Below are positions 49,913 through 58,911 of a stretch of 64,000 bases of DNA, piece by piece. Made by a program: the position numbers and the translations under genes. The DNA comes from a virus (Duplodnaviria > Caudoviricetes). Location of the stretch: the IMG/VR virus record IMGVR_UViG_3300024269_004845; one strand, written 5' to 3'. The notes beneath the pieces are model-generated. The model had not been told where the DNA came from and ran no database searches. It worked only from the letters and a program-made list of their open reading frames with translations. Numbering within the stretch: position 1 is the stretch's first letter; each line of letters starts with the position of its first letter.

Positions 49913-49947
49913 AATAACCCCTTGTGGATATTCCACAAGGGGTTATT
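49913..49947. terminator. Bidirectional terminator
   Basis: AATAACCCCTTGTGGA-TAT-TCCACAAGGGGTTATT. Confidence 0.8.
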
Positions 49948-49959
49948 GTTATATATTGA

Positions 49960-50610
49960 TTAGGAATTAGTAGGCTTAAATACCTTGCACTTATCGTTAG
50001 GGAAAAGTTCTCCACTAAACTTATTGTAATACTGATTGAGGTAAGCTTCGTAATGAGTTTTAATTACGATTGCAAGCATCTTGAAAGATTCATTTGTCAT
50101 TGGGATATTGATGTAGTCGGCAGGCTTTCCAGAAGGAGTAATAAGACCTGTTTCACTAGAAACGCCTAGTCCATACTCTGCACGAAGAATCCAAGGCATC
50201 TTCTGTCCTGCCTGAATCTTAAACTGGCGGGAAATACCCTTTCCAGACTGTACCCAAGGATAAGTCTTCTGATAATCACTAAGTTTCTTATTAACCTTAT
50301 CTTCGCTAATGCCGCCCATATCGGTGAAATAGCAAGTATAATCATTTACTTCTCTACCTTCAAAACTATTAGTTTTCTTGGCATGTTCAACAATCTTAGC
50401 AAAATTACCAGTAAGAATGTCGTTACAAAGAACTAACATTCTGTTAATATCAACATAAATATCAAGGCGTTTAGTCATAGCCTTGGTAGTTTCATCATAC
50501 TGACAAAAGTTTAGCTGAACTTTGCCAATATTGAAAGCAGAGTTTAAAACCTCTACGAAACAATTCTTACCATCAAAACGTGCAATCTGTGTAGAATACT
50601 TTTCTCTCAT
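49960..50610 (-). CDS. Hypothetical protein downstream of recA
   Basis: RBS AAGGAG, biased codon usage. Confidence 0.75.
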   Translation of the reverse strand: MREKYSTQIARFDGKNCFVEVLNSAFNIGKVQLNFCQYDETTKAMTKRLDIYVDINRMLVLCNDILTGNFAKIVEHAKKTNSFEGREVNDYTCYFTDMGGISEDKVNKKLSDYQKTYPWVQSGKGISRQFKIQAGQKMPWILRAEYGLGVSSETGLITPSGKPADYINIPMTNESFKMLAIVIKTHYEAYLNQYYNKFSGELFPNDKCKVFKPTNS

Positions 50611-50664
50611 TTTAAAAATCTCCTTTTAAATTCAAATATTATTTTCAGTTATTTATATTGTCGA

Positions 50665-51717
50665 TTATTCGACGTTGAAGAGGTCTTCTTCATTTCCTGG
50701 TTCATCTTCGTCAACAACAGGGGTACCAGGTTCCACATTGACACAGCGAAGCTGGTCTTCAATTTTCTTAAAGATGTCTGGATTTGTCTTTAAGAAATCA
50801 TATACGGAATTTCTTCCTTGTCCAATTCTTTCTCCATCATAAGAGAACCAGGAACCAGATTTAACTATAAGATTTTTTTCTACTGCAAAATCGATAAGAC
50901 TTAGGATTCTATCAAATCCTTCGCCAAAGCGAACTTCTACAATAGTTTCCTTAAACGGAGGAGCTACCTTATTTTTAACAACTTTGATTTTGGTCTTGGC
51001 TCCAACAACTTCGGAACCTTCTTTGGTTGCTTCAGCTTTTCTAACTTCTACTCTGATAGACGAGTAGAATTTTAATGCGCGTCCACCAGTGGTTACTTCG
51101 GGATTGCCATACATGACTCCAACCTTTTCTCGAAGCTGGTTAATGAAGATTACTGTACAATCCATATTGGAAGCGATTGCTGTTAGCTTACGCATCGCTT
51201 TCGACATTAATCTTGCATGCAGTCCAACAAAGTTGTCTTCCATTTCTCCTTCGATTTCAGCCTTTGGAACAAGAGCTGCTACAGAGTCGATAACGACTAA
51301 ATCAACAGCTCCAGAAGAAATTAAATCACAAGCAATTTCAATTGCCTGTTCTCCATTGTCAGGCTGAGAGATAATCATATCATCAATATTTACTCCCAAC
51401 TTTGCAGAATATACAGGGTCTAAAGCATGTTCTGCATCAATAAATGCAACCATTCCATCATGGTCTCTTTGGATTGCTGCTACGGCCTGTAATGCAAGGG
51501 TTGTTTTACCCGAAGACTCTGGGCCGTAAATTTCAACAATTCTACCTCTTGGCAAGCCTCCGCCAAGAATATTGTCAATGGCAACAAGGCCTGTTGAAAA
51601 TTTCTTGACATCGCTAATACCGCTATCGCTCATAAACATAGCAGCGCCTTTGCCAAACTTCTTGTCAATTTCGTTGAGCTTTTTCTTTAAAAGCTCTCGT
51701 TTTTCCGCACTTGGCAT
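50665..51717 (-). CDS. recA: Recombinase RecA
   Basis: GPESSGKTT, FIDAEHALDP, IDSVAALVPKAEIEGEM, INQLREKVGVMYGNPEVTTGGRALKFY. Confidence 0.97.
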   Translation of the reverse strand: MPSAEKRELLKKKLNEIDKKFGKGAAMFMSDSGISDVKKFSTGLVAIDNILGGGLPRGRIVEIYGPESSGKTTLALQAVAAIQRDHDGMVAFIDAEHALDPVYSAKLGVNIDDMIISQPDNGEQAIEIACDLISSGAVDLVVIDSVAALVPKAEIEGEMEDNFVGLHARLMSKAMRKLTAIASNMDCTVIFINQLREKVGVMYGNPEVTTGGRALKFYSSIRVEVRKAEATKEGSEVVGAKTKIKVVKNKVAPPFKETIVEVRFGEGFDRILSLIDFAVEKNLIVKSGSWFSYDGERIGQGRNSVYDFLKTNPDIFKKIEDQLRCVNVEPGTPVVDEDEPGNEEDLFNVE

Positions 51718-51732
51718 TTTACTAATTCCTCC

Positions 51733-52248
51733 TTATTCAATTGTTCTCCAGTATCTAGAACCATATCCTTTTGAAATTGCATATAGTTTGAAATACACGT
51801 TATTCAAATAAGAGATATACGCTTTTAAATAACTGGAAAAAATTTTTATTTTTTGAATTTTATCATTAACAGCCGTTGTTTTTGTAGTTAATTCCATCAT
51901 TATATCAGCGACTGTAAGTGATTGAATCTTGTATTCTGTCAATAAATTTTTGGGAACGAGTTTGTTATCCTTCATCATTGAAGATAATGAATCATAACAG
52001 TCTCTTACGCAGATAAATCTGTCTAAATAGACTTCGACCATTCCTTGCATGTCGGAAAAATAATCTTTCCACGCAATAGTTTCCTTTATCAATTTATTGC
52101 ATTTATCAATATCAACGTCTGAGAGAGTGTAGAGGGATAATAAATACTCATCAAAATCTCCTACATCAATATTTCTTCTAAAACTACGTTCAAAAATTTC
52201 CGATGTTTCAAAAGCAGCAACATAAAATTTCTTTATTGATTCTGTCAT
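51733..52248 (-). CDS. Helical hypothetical protein
   Basis: Translationally coupled in the recA operon. Confidence 0.7.
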   Translation of the reverse strand: MTESIKKFYVAAFETSEIFERSFRRNIDVGDFDEYLLSLYTLSDVDIDKCNKLIKETIAWKDYFSDMQGMVEVYLDRFICVRDCYDSLSSMMKDNKLVPKNLLTEYKIQSLTVADIMMELTTKTTAVNDKIQKIKIFSSYLKAYISYLNNVYFKLYAISKGYGSRYWRTIE

Positions 52249-52715
52249 TATGTATTAGGCTGCTGAGAAATGTTTTTGCACTGATAGAATGCTTTATCGA
52301 GAAAATCTTTCTTTGACATAAGACTGTCATATAAGGCTTTTAAAGCATTTCGCTTATTACGAGCATCAATAACATCCTTGTCTGTGTTTGCCTTTCTATC
52401 ACCTGCCGAAACATTCTTATCAGAAAAACTAATAGATTTTTCGGAATAAACTTGAATTTTAGATGTTTCTGCATCAAGAAAAATATTTTGAATGTAGTTT
52501 GCTGTATCTGAACAATATTCAGACCATGCGTTTAGTTCCTTTGCTAATTCCCAATTCGCATCTTTATCGGTTAAAGAAATGTTCTGGTATTTTTCCACAA
52601 CTTCTTTATATCCTTCAAAGTTAATAGGGATTGCAAGGTATTTTGATGCCTGTTGGCATAGCATATCAAAGTAATCATAAGAGCCATTTATTGGCGTCTT
52701 TGGTGGCATAGGCAT
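52248..52715 (-). CDS. Helical protein, possibly a UvsY-like recombination mediator
   Basis: Size, helical pattern and position at the head of the recA operon; family call weak. Confidence 0.4.
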   Translation of the reverse strand: MPMPPKTPINGSYDYFDMLCQQASKYLAIPINFEGYKEVVEKYQNISLTDKDANWELAKELNAWSEYCSDTANYIQNIFLDAETSKIQVYSEKSISFSDKNVSAGDRKANTDKDVIDARNKRNALKALYDSLMSKKDFLDKAFYQCKNISQQPNT

Positions 52716-52744
52716 AGTTTATCCCTCCTTTTGGTCACAGTATC

Positions 52745-52773
52745 ATTATAACATATTTTATTCTTCTTTTCAA
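52745..52773 (-). promoter_or_regulatory. sigmaA-type promoter of the recA operon
   Basis: TTGAAA-17-TATAAT with TG. Confidence 0.65.
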
Positions 52774-52801
52774 GTCTTTTATAGAATAATCTAAAAAAAA
52801 T

Positions 52802-52831
52802 AATGACAGATTTTTTGTGAAATCTGTCATT
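52802..52831 (-). terminator. Terminator after the second prepilin peptidase
   Basis: AATGACAGATTT/AAATCTGTCATT. Confidence 0.7.
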
Positions 52832-52860
52832 GACTTTGTATATATTATATGTTATAATTA

Positions 52861-53409
52861 TTATGCTACAGGCAAGAAAAAATGGACTATGAATAGAACA
52901 ATATATCCTGCGTAAAAGAATGGGGCAAGGGGGACCCTGCCAGTTGCTTTAAAAGGTAAATATCCAAATTTACCTAAGCTTTGTATGTGGAATTCTTTAT
53001 TTTCTTTTTTGCCAAACATTACTCTATATACTAAGTTTAACAATGTACCAGCTAACGCGAGAAATAATGCAGGAATAGCACCGCACCAAAGTCCTAAATT
53101 AAAAGCGAATTTAATGTCTCCACCTATTTGGTCTTTTGCCATTGCCGCTGGAATCCAGAAAGCTAGGCACAAAATAAATGCTCCAAATATACAGTCCAGT
53201 ACATATCCTAAAGATATTAAATCTGGGAAGAAAATACCTAAAATAACAAACCAAAGAGTTCTAACAATTAACATTACCAAGTTAAACTTGTTATATATCT
53301 TCATAGTTTTGCAATCGGTATATGTAGCAATAATTAAGAAAATGTTTAAAATAATAATTTCTGGAAGAAATTCAAATAATCTTAAGATTGGGTCAAAAAT
53401 ATATTGCAT
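52861..53409 (-). CDS. A24 prepilin peptidase (second copy)
   Basis: ATYTDCKTMKIYN, IGGDIKF, VPLAPF. Confidence 0.8.
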   Translation of the reverse strand: MQYIFDPILRLFEFLPEIIILNIFLIIATYTDCKTMKIYNKFNLVMLIVRTLWFVILGIFFPDLISLGYVLDCIFGAFILCLAFWIPAAMAKDQIGGDIKFAFNLGLWCGAIPALFLALAGTLLNLVYRVMFGKKENKEFHIQSLGKFGYLPFKATGRVPLAPFFYAGYIVLFIVHFFLPVA

Positions 53410-53494
53410 CTATTTAATTCCTTTCTGTAATGTTTTATCTAAAAACATTATATCACATAAAAAGGATAAAGACAATAAAAAAGTGATTAACAAA

Positions 53495-53532
53495 TTATTG
53501 TTGATAATTGTTTTTTATATAATATAAATAAG
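53495..53532 (+). promoter_or_regulatory. Class II promoter motif, cassette 1
   Basis: TTATT-18-TATAATATAAATAAG. Confidence 0.5.
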
Positions 53533-53564
53533 ACCTACAAAAATATTAAATGGGAGGAAAATAA

Positions 53565-54950
53565 ATGGCTATTTGGATTAAGAAAGGATATTCCACGTTG
53601 GCTAGATACAATAGTCTTTCTTATATTTTCAACAATCCATCAGATGTAAATATCGATGAAGATGAAAATTTGGGGCTTTGGACTACGAAGTACGTTGGCA
53701 ACGAGTTATTCCTTTACAAATTGGATTTTACACGAAATGAAAAGGTTATCTTCTTCAAAGAAGTTGAACCTCGACTAATCGCAAGTTTTAACGATGATGG
53801 TGAATATACCACTGGCGATGGGCTCACCTTCATGCATGCAGTCTACAATAATATTGTAGATATTAACCCTATTGTGAATTTCCTGCGAGATTCCATGATT
53901 AAGAACGAATGTCTGTATAAACTCTTTTTCTTTGATGAGAACTTTGCTGATAGAGTCAATAGAAGTCGTAGAAATGCGGAATACAACGTGTCCATGAATG
54001 TTTTTGAGAATATCTTAAACAATGGGCTTATTTCTCTGGAAAAAGTGTTCACTGGTTGTTCGCTAGCTTTTTTTGTAGATAATATCTGCAAGGGAGATAT
54101 GGGTCTTCAGAATGACAAAAAGAAGTTGAGACAGGTGTTAGGATTGCCTTCGGCAGTCATCGATTTCCTGAAAGACAGTTCTTATTCTTCTCTTTATGGC
54201 AAATTTAAGGAACTTGCAGAAACAAAGGATGTCAATGATACCGTGTTCTTGGTCGAATATATGGCCTTGTTACGCCAAGTTGAGGTGCAGACCAGTCTAA
54301 TCAGTAATGGTGCTAGAAATTCTTTCGTTGAGAGCGTCATTGATATCGCACTTATGGTTAAGTCCAGTATGAAGGTAATTATCAATTATTTGCATACTCA
54401 GCAGTTTTATTACAACGAAATTGGTATGGGCATTATGATGCCTTATTCTGAAGCTATTGCGATGAGAGATTATCTTGCCATTGCCAAAAAGCATGGGCTT
54501 GAGGTTGACCCTCTACCGTCGAATCTTCGTGCAGCACACTTTTACATTCAGAATAACGTTTGCTATGCAGATGACGAAGCAAAGAATGAAGAGTTTAAGA
54601 AAGCTGTTGCGAAATATAGGAATTTGGAATATAAGGGAAAAACTTATTCAGTCGTTGTTCCTGATTCGATTGGCGCGATGATTGATGAGGGTATGCAAAT
54701 GCACCATTGTATCGCAAATTATGTTGACCTTGTTTGTACTGGTACAATCGTTCTGTTCTTGAGAAAAACCGAAAATCTTAAGGAATCTTTTGTGTCTTTT
54801 GAGGTTTCTGAGGATGGAGAATTCGTTCAGATTAAGGGAAAATATGATGCTGATATCGTTGAAACAGAAGAGGAGTCTGAGAACAACGAAGTTCTTAAGT
54901 TCCTAACAAAATGGAGGGAAAAGAAATATGAAGAAGTATATGGCAGCTGA
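53565..54950 (+). CDS. PcfJ-domain protein, copy 1
   Basis: C-terminal P.NL..AH...EGMQMHHCIANY...VLFLRK....ESFVSFE...QIKG. Confidence 0.82.
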   Translation: MAIWIKKGYSTLARYNSLSYIFNNPSDVNIDEDENLGLWTTKYVGNELFLYKLDFTRNEKVIFFKEVEPRLIASFNDDGEYTTGDGLTFMHAVYNNIVDINPIVNFLRDSMIKNECLYKLFFFDENFADRVNRSRRNAEYNVSMNVFENILNNGLISLEKVFTGCSLAFFVDNICKGDMGLQNDKKKLRQVLGLPSAVIDFLKDSSYSSLYGKFKELAETKDVNDTVFLVEYMALLRQVEVQTSLISNGARNSFVESVIDIALMVKSSMKVIINYLHTQQFYYNEIGMGIMMPYSEAIAMRDYLAIAKKHGLEVDPLPSNLRAAHFYIQNNVCYADDEAKNEEFKKAVAKYRNLEYKGKTYSVVVPDSIGAMIDEGMQMHHCIANYVDLVCTGTIVLFLRKTENLKESFVSFEVSEDGEFVQIKGKYDADIVETEEESENNEVLKFLTKWREKKYEEVYGS

Positions 54951-56073
54951 GGGTATTGAACTTCTTAAGGAGTTTAATATTTCTCATATTGAAACTACGA
55001 TTAATTATCGTTGCGACCGTATTATTTGTGCCGATTGCAATACAGTTTCGGATGCAGAAAATCCTTGTTCGTGTAAGAGAGAAGACAAAAAAAAGCGAGT
55101 TTACCATTCAATGGAAACTGGCGAAAATATCTTGGTTAAAGATTCTGGTCGTCTCTTCATCAGAGAGGAAGACGGCGCAAAGATTTTGTTCTATTACGAG
55201 CTCATTGGTTCCATCATCAAAGAGACTGGCGCTATAAAATTTTTTAAGAGACCAATCGAATTTATGTCAGTAAAAGACAACTCATTTACTTTTACTATGA
55301 CATATGGGGTTAACGAAATCGCTATTTCGGATGTGCTTAACATTTTGGAAGCCAATAATGTTCAGTGTGACAGGCTTATGAAGATATTAAAGCTTTGTAA
55401 AGTTTGTAACTATCATAACTGGGCCTCCTTAAATAAGTATGTTTCGATGATTGATGTTCGGGGGCACAAGCTCTTCGAAGATGAGAAATTTGTAGAATCT
55501 CATACTGCATTGATTAGACATGTAATCAATCGTAGTTATGGTAATGGTAAAATCGATTCTGTAAACGGTATTTGTGAATACTTTGAAATTCCTGAATGTT
55601 TAGTCGATTACACCAAAGACCCGTATTTCTCGAAGATTGATGGGTATTCGGATATTAGACTTTTGGATTCACATCCCATAGAAATTCAGGGGTGCTTCGC
55701 ATATTACATTGGTTCTGGCAAATTCACAAGAAGAACTATCAAGACTTACCTGGATACTTTTGATGTTTCGTTCTGGGATTCTAGAAACAAAATCAATTAT
55801 TTCCTGACGTATGTCAAGAAGAACTTGTGGATGGGTGACGCAGTTTTTGGAAAGGCTGTACAAACTTTTAAATATGTTGAGGAAAAGAAGTTTCCCACAA
55901 ATGAAGATACTATCAACTCTAAGTTCTGTTTCGGGATGAAGAATGTTGATATGTTTGCAGAGCGGTTTGGAACGGCTGAAGCAGATGAATTCCATCAGAT
56001 TCGAGAATCTCAAGGAATCGTTCCTGCGTTGAAGCAGTTACTCGTTTGGACAAACAAAAATGAAGGCGTATAA
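54928..56073 (+). CDS. Zn-ribbon partner protein, copy 1
   Basis: N-terminal CADC...CSC; overlaps the upstream stop. Confidence 0.7.
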   Translation: MKKYMAAEGIELLKEFNISHIETTINYRCDRIICADCNTVSDAENPCSCKREDKKKRVYHSMETGENILVKDSGRLFIREEDGAKILFYYELIGSIIKETGAIKFFKRPIEFMSVKDNSFTFTMTYGVNEIAISDVLNILEANNVQCDRLMKILKLCKVCNYHNWASLNKYVSMIDVRGHKLFEDEKFVESHTALIRHVINRSYGNGKIDSVNGICEYFEIPECLVDYTKDPYFSKIDGYSDIRLLDSHPIEIQGCFAYYIGSGKFTRRTIKTYLDTFDVSFWDSRNKINYFLTYVKKNLWMGDAVFGKAVQTFKYVEEKKFPTNEDTINSKFCFGMKNVDMFAERFGTAEADEFHQIRESQGIVPALKQLLVWTNKNEGV

Positions 56074-56091
56074 ACGCCTTCATTTTTGTTT
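56052..56091 (+). terminator. Terminator closing cassette 1
   Basis: AAACAAAAATGAAGGCGT/ACGCCTTCATTTTTGTTT. Confidence 0.8.
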
Positions 56092-56102
56092 TCTATTTCT
56101 TC

Positions 56103-56143
56103 TTATTTTTCATTCTAAATATTTATATAATAATATAAGCACA
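56103..56143 (+). promoter_or_regulatory. Class II promoter motif, cassette 2
   Basis: TTATT-18-TATAATAATATAAGCACA. Confidence 0.65.
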
Positions 56144-56175
56144 TATAAACAAATTAACAAGGGAGGAAAATTAAA

Positions 56176-57609
56176 ATGGCTATTGTATTTACGTGCAAAA
56201 ATGGTAGACGATTTTACCAGTTGGTGAACATGAACGGGTATGGTTACGACCCTTATGGTTATCACACGAAAGAAATTAAGGAGGTCGATAATCCTCTTCC
56301 TTACGAGGAAGACATTTTGGCCTTCAATGGTACTGGTTATGGTGCCGAACTGGCGCTCGGTAAGTTCCGAATCGAAGAAGAAAAGTCTCCTTTTATGGAG
56401 AATCCTTACATCAAGATGTATGAAGACTTCCTGTCTTGTAAGAAAATTAGCTACGATGTAGCTTCCGACACTATCACTATCGACCCTGAGGTCGCAGAGA
56501 AAGTGTTTGCTTACGAGACCTTCCGCAACAATCCTGCTTGGTTTGAAAGGGCAACCAATTTCGTGTATTACATTGTAATGCATCGAAATCCTTACGTTTA
56601 TTGTCTTTTCTCTGAATTTACTCAGAAGAGTAAGAGATTTGCCAATAATTGTTCCAGCACGGAAAAGTTTTATACTGTTATCAATCTTTGGAAGAACATT
56701 GATGCGCTGAACAACTTTGAAAAGATTGTTAAGAGTATTGGTGAAGATTTCGTCTTTGATAACATCGGAAGAGCGGACTTTACCCTGAATAACGCCAAGA
56801 AGCTTCACCAGGTTGTGGAGATGCCTATGGTTGTTGCGCAGGGAATTCAGAAGCTCGGTGTGGAGGAAACTTTCTCCGATATCAAGACTATCACTGCTAT
56901 CGACAAGAACTATGCCGTAACGCTCATTGATTTCATCTTTGATTTCAAGAAGGCATTTCCTGGTAAGGATTTCTGTTGTAAGGCAGACGTCAGCGTATTC
57001 ATTAAGAACATCGCCAATCTGATGAGTACTGGAATTTACAACGAGAACTTCAATGATTTGCTTGGTTTCTTGGTCAATGAAAGTCTGAATTTCTCCAGAT
57101 TTAAGCTTCCCGTAAGCGAGTCTGGCGAACTGTTTGACTATCTCAAGATTGCTCAGCAGATGAAGGAAGCCAATGATGGCGTTAAGTTCGACCGATTCCC
57201 GAAAAACATCCAGAAGGCACACAATATTGTGATGCAGAACAGTACTATCATTTCTAAGCCTAGACCCGAAGAGTTTGCTGCTGCTGTTGCAAAACAGGCA
57301 TTCCTGAACGACGAGAAGGATGATGAATATGTATTCATGGTTCCTCGCAGTGAAATGGACCTCATGAACGAGGGTAATGCTCTGCACCACTGCGTAGCAA
57401 GCTATCGAGACCGAATTATTGATATGGGTACTAAGGTTGTATTCATGCGTAAGAAAGACGATGTGGAGACTCCTTTCGTTACCATCGAATATGAGGACGG
57501 GCTCGCCGTACAGATTAGAGAAATGTACAATGTGGATGTCACCGACACTGCAGTACTTGCCGCCGTTGATAGATGGCTGGCTCGTGCAGAACGTAGAGAG
57601 AAGAAATAA
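56176..57609 (+). CDS. PcfJ-domain protein, copy 2
   Basis: FPKNIQKAHN...EGNALHHCVASY...VVFMRK....TPFVTIE. Confidence 0.85.
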   Translation: MAIVFTCKNGRRFYQLVNMNGYGYDPYGYHTKEIKEVDNPLPYEEDILAFNGTGYGAELALGKFRIEEEKSPFMENPYIKMYEDFLSCKKISYDVASDTITIDPEVAEKVFAYETFRNNPAWFERATNFVYYIVMHRNPYVYCLFSEFTQKSKRFANNCSSTEKFYTVINLWKNIDALNNFEKIVKSIGEDFVFDNIGRADFTLNNAKKLHQVVEMPMVVAQGIQKLGVEETFSDIKTITAIDKNYAVTLIDFIFDFKKAFPGKDFCCKADVSVFIKNIANLMSTGIYNENFNDLLGFLVNESLNFSRFKLPVSESGELFDYLKIAQQMKEANDGVKFDRFPKNIQKAHNIVMQNSTIISKPRPEEFAAAVAKQAFLNDEKDDEYVFMVPRSEMDLMNEGNALHHCVASYRDRIIDMGTKVVFMRKKDDVETPFVTIEYEDGLAVQIREMYNVDVTDTAVLAAVDRWLARAERREKK

Positions 57610-57623
57610 GGAGGATAAAAAAT

Positions 57624-58793
57624 ATGGCAATCAGAAAGTATACGAAATGGATTGATAAGTGTGGTGCGAATCCTAAGGGAATTCGTATTACGCCTAACGC
57701 AAGCGCTTTTGTACGAACCGTTTGTTCCTGTGGGTTTGCTGATGCGGCGCAGGTTTACGAGTGCCCCAATTGTGGCAATACGGAATTCGTAGTTTGCGAT
57801 TCTTATGAAACCACCTATAAGAAGTTCCCTATCGAGGTGGTTGTTTCCAAGGGGGATGTATCCGTAATCCAGCGAGTTCAGAACATTTGGCTTCGTCAGG
57901 AAATCGAGATTGAAGAATCTCCTCAGAAGCTATTTACCTATGATGGGAAGAATGTTAACTTCCCTAGATGGAATAATCACGATGAGGTTTTTACTGCTCT
58001 GAGAGAAAACAAGAGTAAGCTTCCTGCTGAAATTGTTGAGGCTCTGGACACAATGGAAGATTTGGGCCACGGCAACAACTATCGGACTTTTGGCAAGTTG
58101 CTGGAAGAGCATCCCAAGACTGATATGTTTATCAGGATGGAAAAGGATGCCCATCCTGCCTTTACCAAGGCTCTAATCGACATGGTCTTCGGCTCTTATT
58201 CTAACTATCCTGATATGGATTTCGTATCTATGGAAGGATTTTTTAGAGAATATGCCGTTCCTGAAGAGTTTAAGGAGTTCGCTGATAAGTGTCCTTCCGA
58301 AATTCTTGACCGAACCATCAATGTTCGTCACAGAAGCTGGAGAGCATCTCCTAATGCAAAGTTTGAGAAACCTACTAATTGGGGCCTTGTTCCCGAAGAA
58401 ATCAAAGGTGTTTGTAAGTATTATGTCGAGAATGGCGTAATTTCTTTCCGCACTTATGCGTCTCTGGGGACCATTGAGCCTCAAATGCTCAAGAAAAAGG
58501 CGATTCTCAACTTGTATTTTAAGAAATATATGATGCAGTTTAAGGACCGTATCGTAAGTGCAGTAAATGCAACCTATCAGTATTTGACTGAAAACAATAT
58601 CCCTATCACCGAAACAACTTTCGATGAGAAGTGGTGTCGTCAGAAGCAGAATATTGATATGCTTTATTCGAATCTGGCTCGCTCTCAGTCAGACATCGAT
58701 GCATTCATCAACTACTGCGATACCGATGCAGTGAACGCCATTAAGAATCTCGCTAATGCGAAGAGGACTAAGAAGGCAAAAGCTGCTGAATAA
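57624..58793 (+). CDS. Zn-ribbon partner protein, copy 2
   Basis: CSCG...CPNCGN. Confidence 0.75.
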   Translation: MAIRKYTKWIDKCGANPKGIRITPNASAFVRTVCSCGFADAAQVYECPNCGNTEFVVCDSYETTYKKFPIEVVVSKGDVSVIQRVQNIWLRQEIEIEESPQKLFTYDGKNVNFPRWNNHDEVFTALRENKSKLPAEIVEALDTMEDLGHGNNYRTFGKLLEEHPKTDMFIRMEKDAHPAFTKALIDMVFGSYSNYPDMDFVSMEGFFREYAVPEEFKEFADKCPSEILDRTINVRHRSWRASPNAKFEKPTNWGLVPEEIKGVCKYYVENGVISFRTYASLGTIEPQMLKKKAILNLYFKKYMMQFKDRIVSAVNATYQYLTENNIPITETTFDEKWCRQKQNIDMLYSNLARSQSDIDAFINYCDTDAVNAIKNLANAKRTKKAKAAE

Positions 58794-58794
58794 A

Positions 58795-58830
58795 CTAAAA
58801 GACCCCTATCGAAAGATAGGGGTCTTTTAG
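58795..58830 (+). terminator. Terminator closing cassette 2
   Basis: CTAAAAGACCCCTATC-GAAA-GATAGGGGTCTTTTAG. Confidence 0.85.
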
Positions 58831-58839
58831 TTTTTGCTT

Positions 58840-58880
58840 TTATTTTTCTGAGTTCAACTTTGTATAATAATATTAGCACA
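58840..58880 (+). promoter_or_regulatory. Class II promoter motif, cassette 3
   Basis: TTATT-18-TATAATAATATTAGCACA. Confidence 0.62.
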
Positions 58881-58911
58881 ACAAAAGAAAATCAAATGGG
58901 AGGAAAAATTT

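Noticed and set aside
56110-57630. 506-aa minus-strand ORF
   Set aside because: Antisense shadow of PcfJ copy 2.
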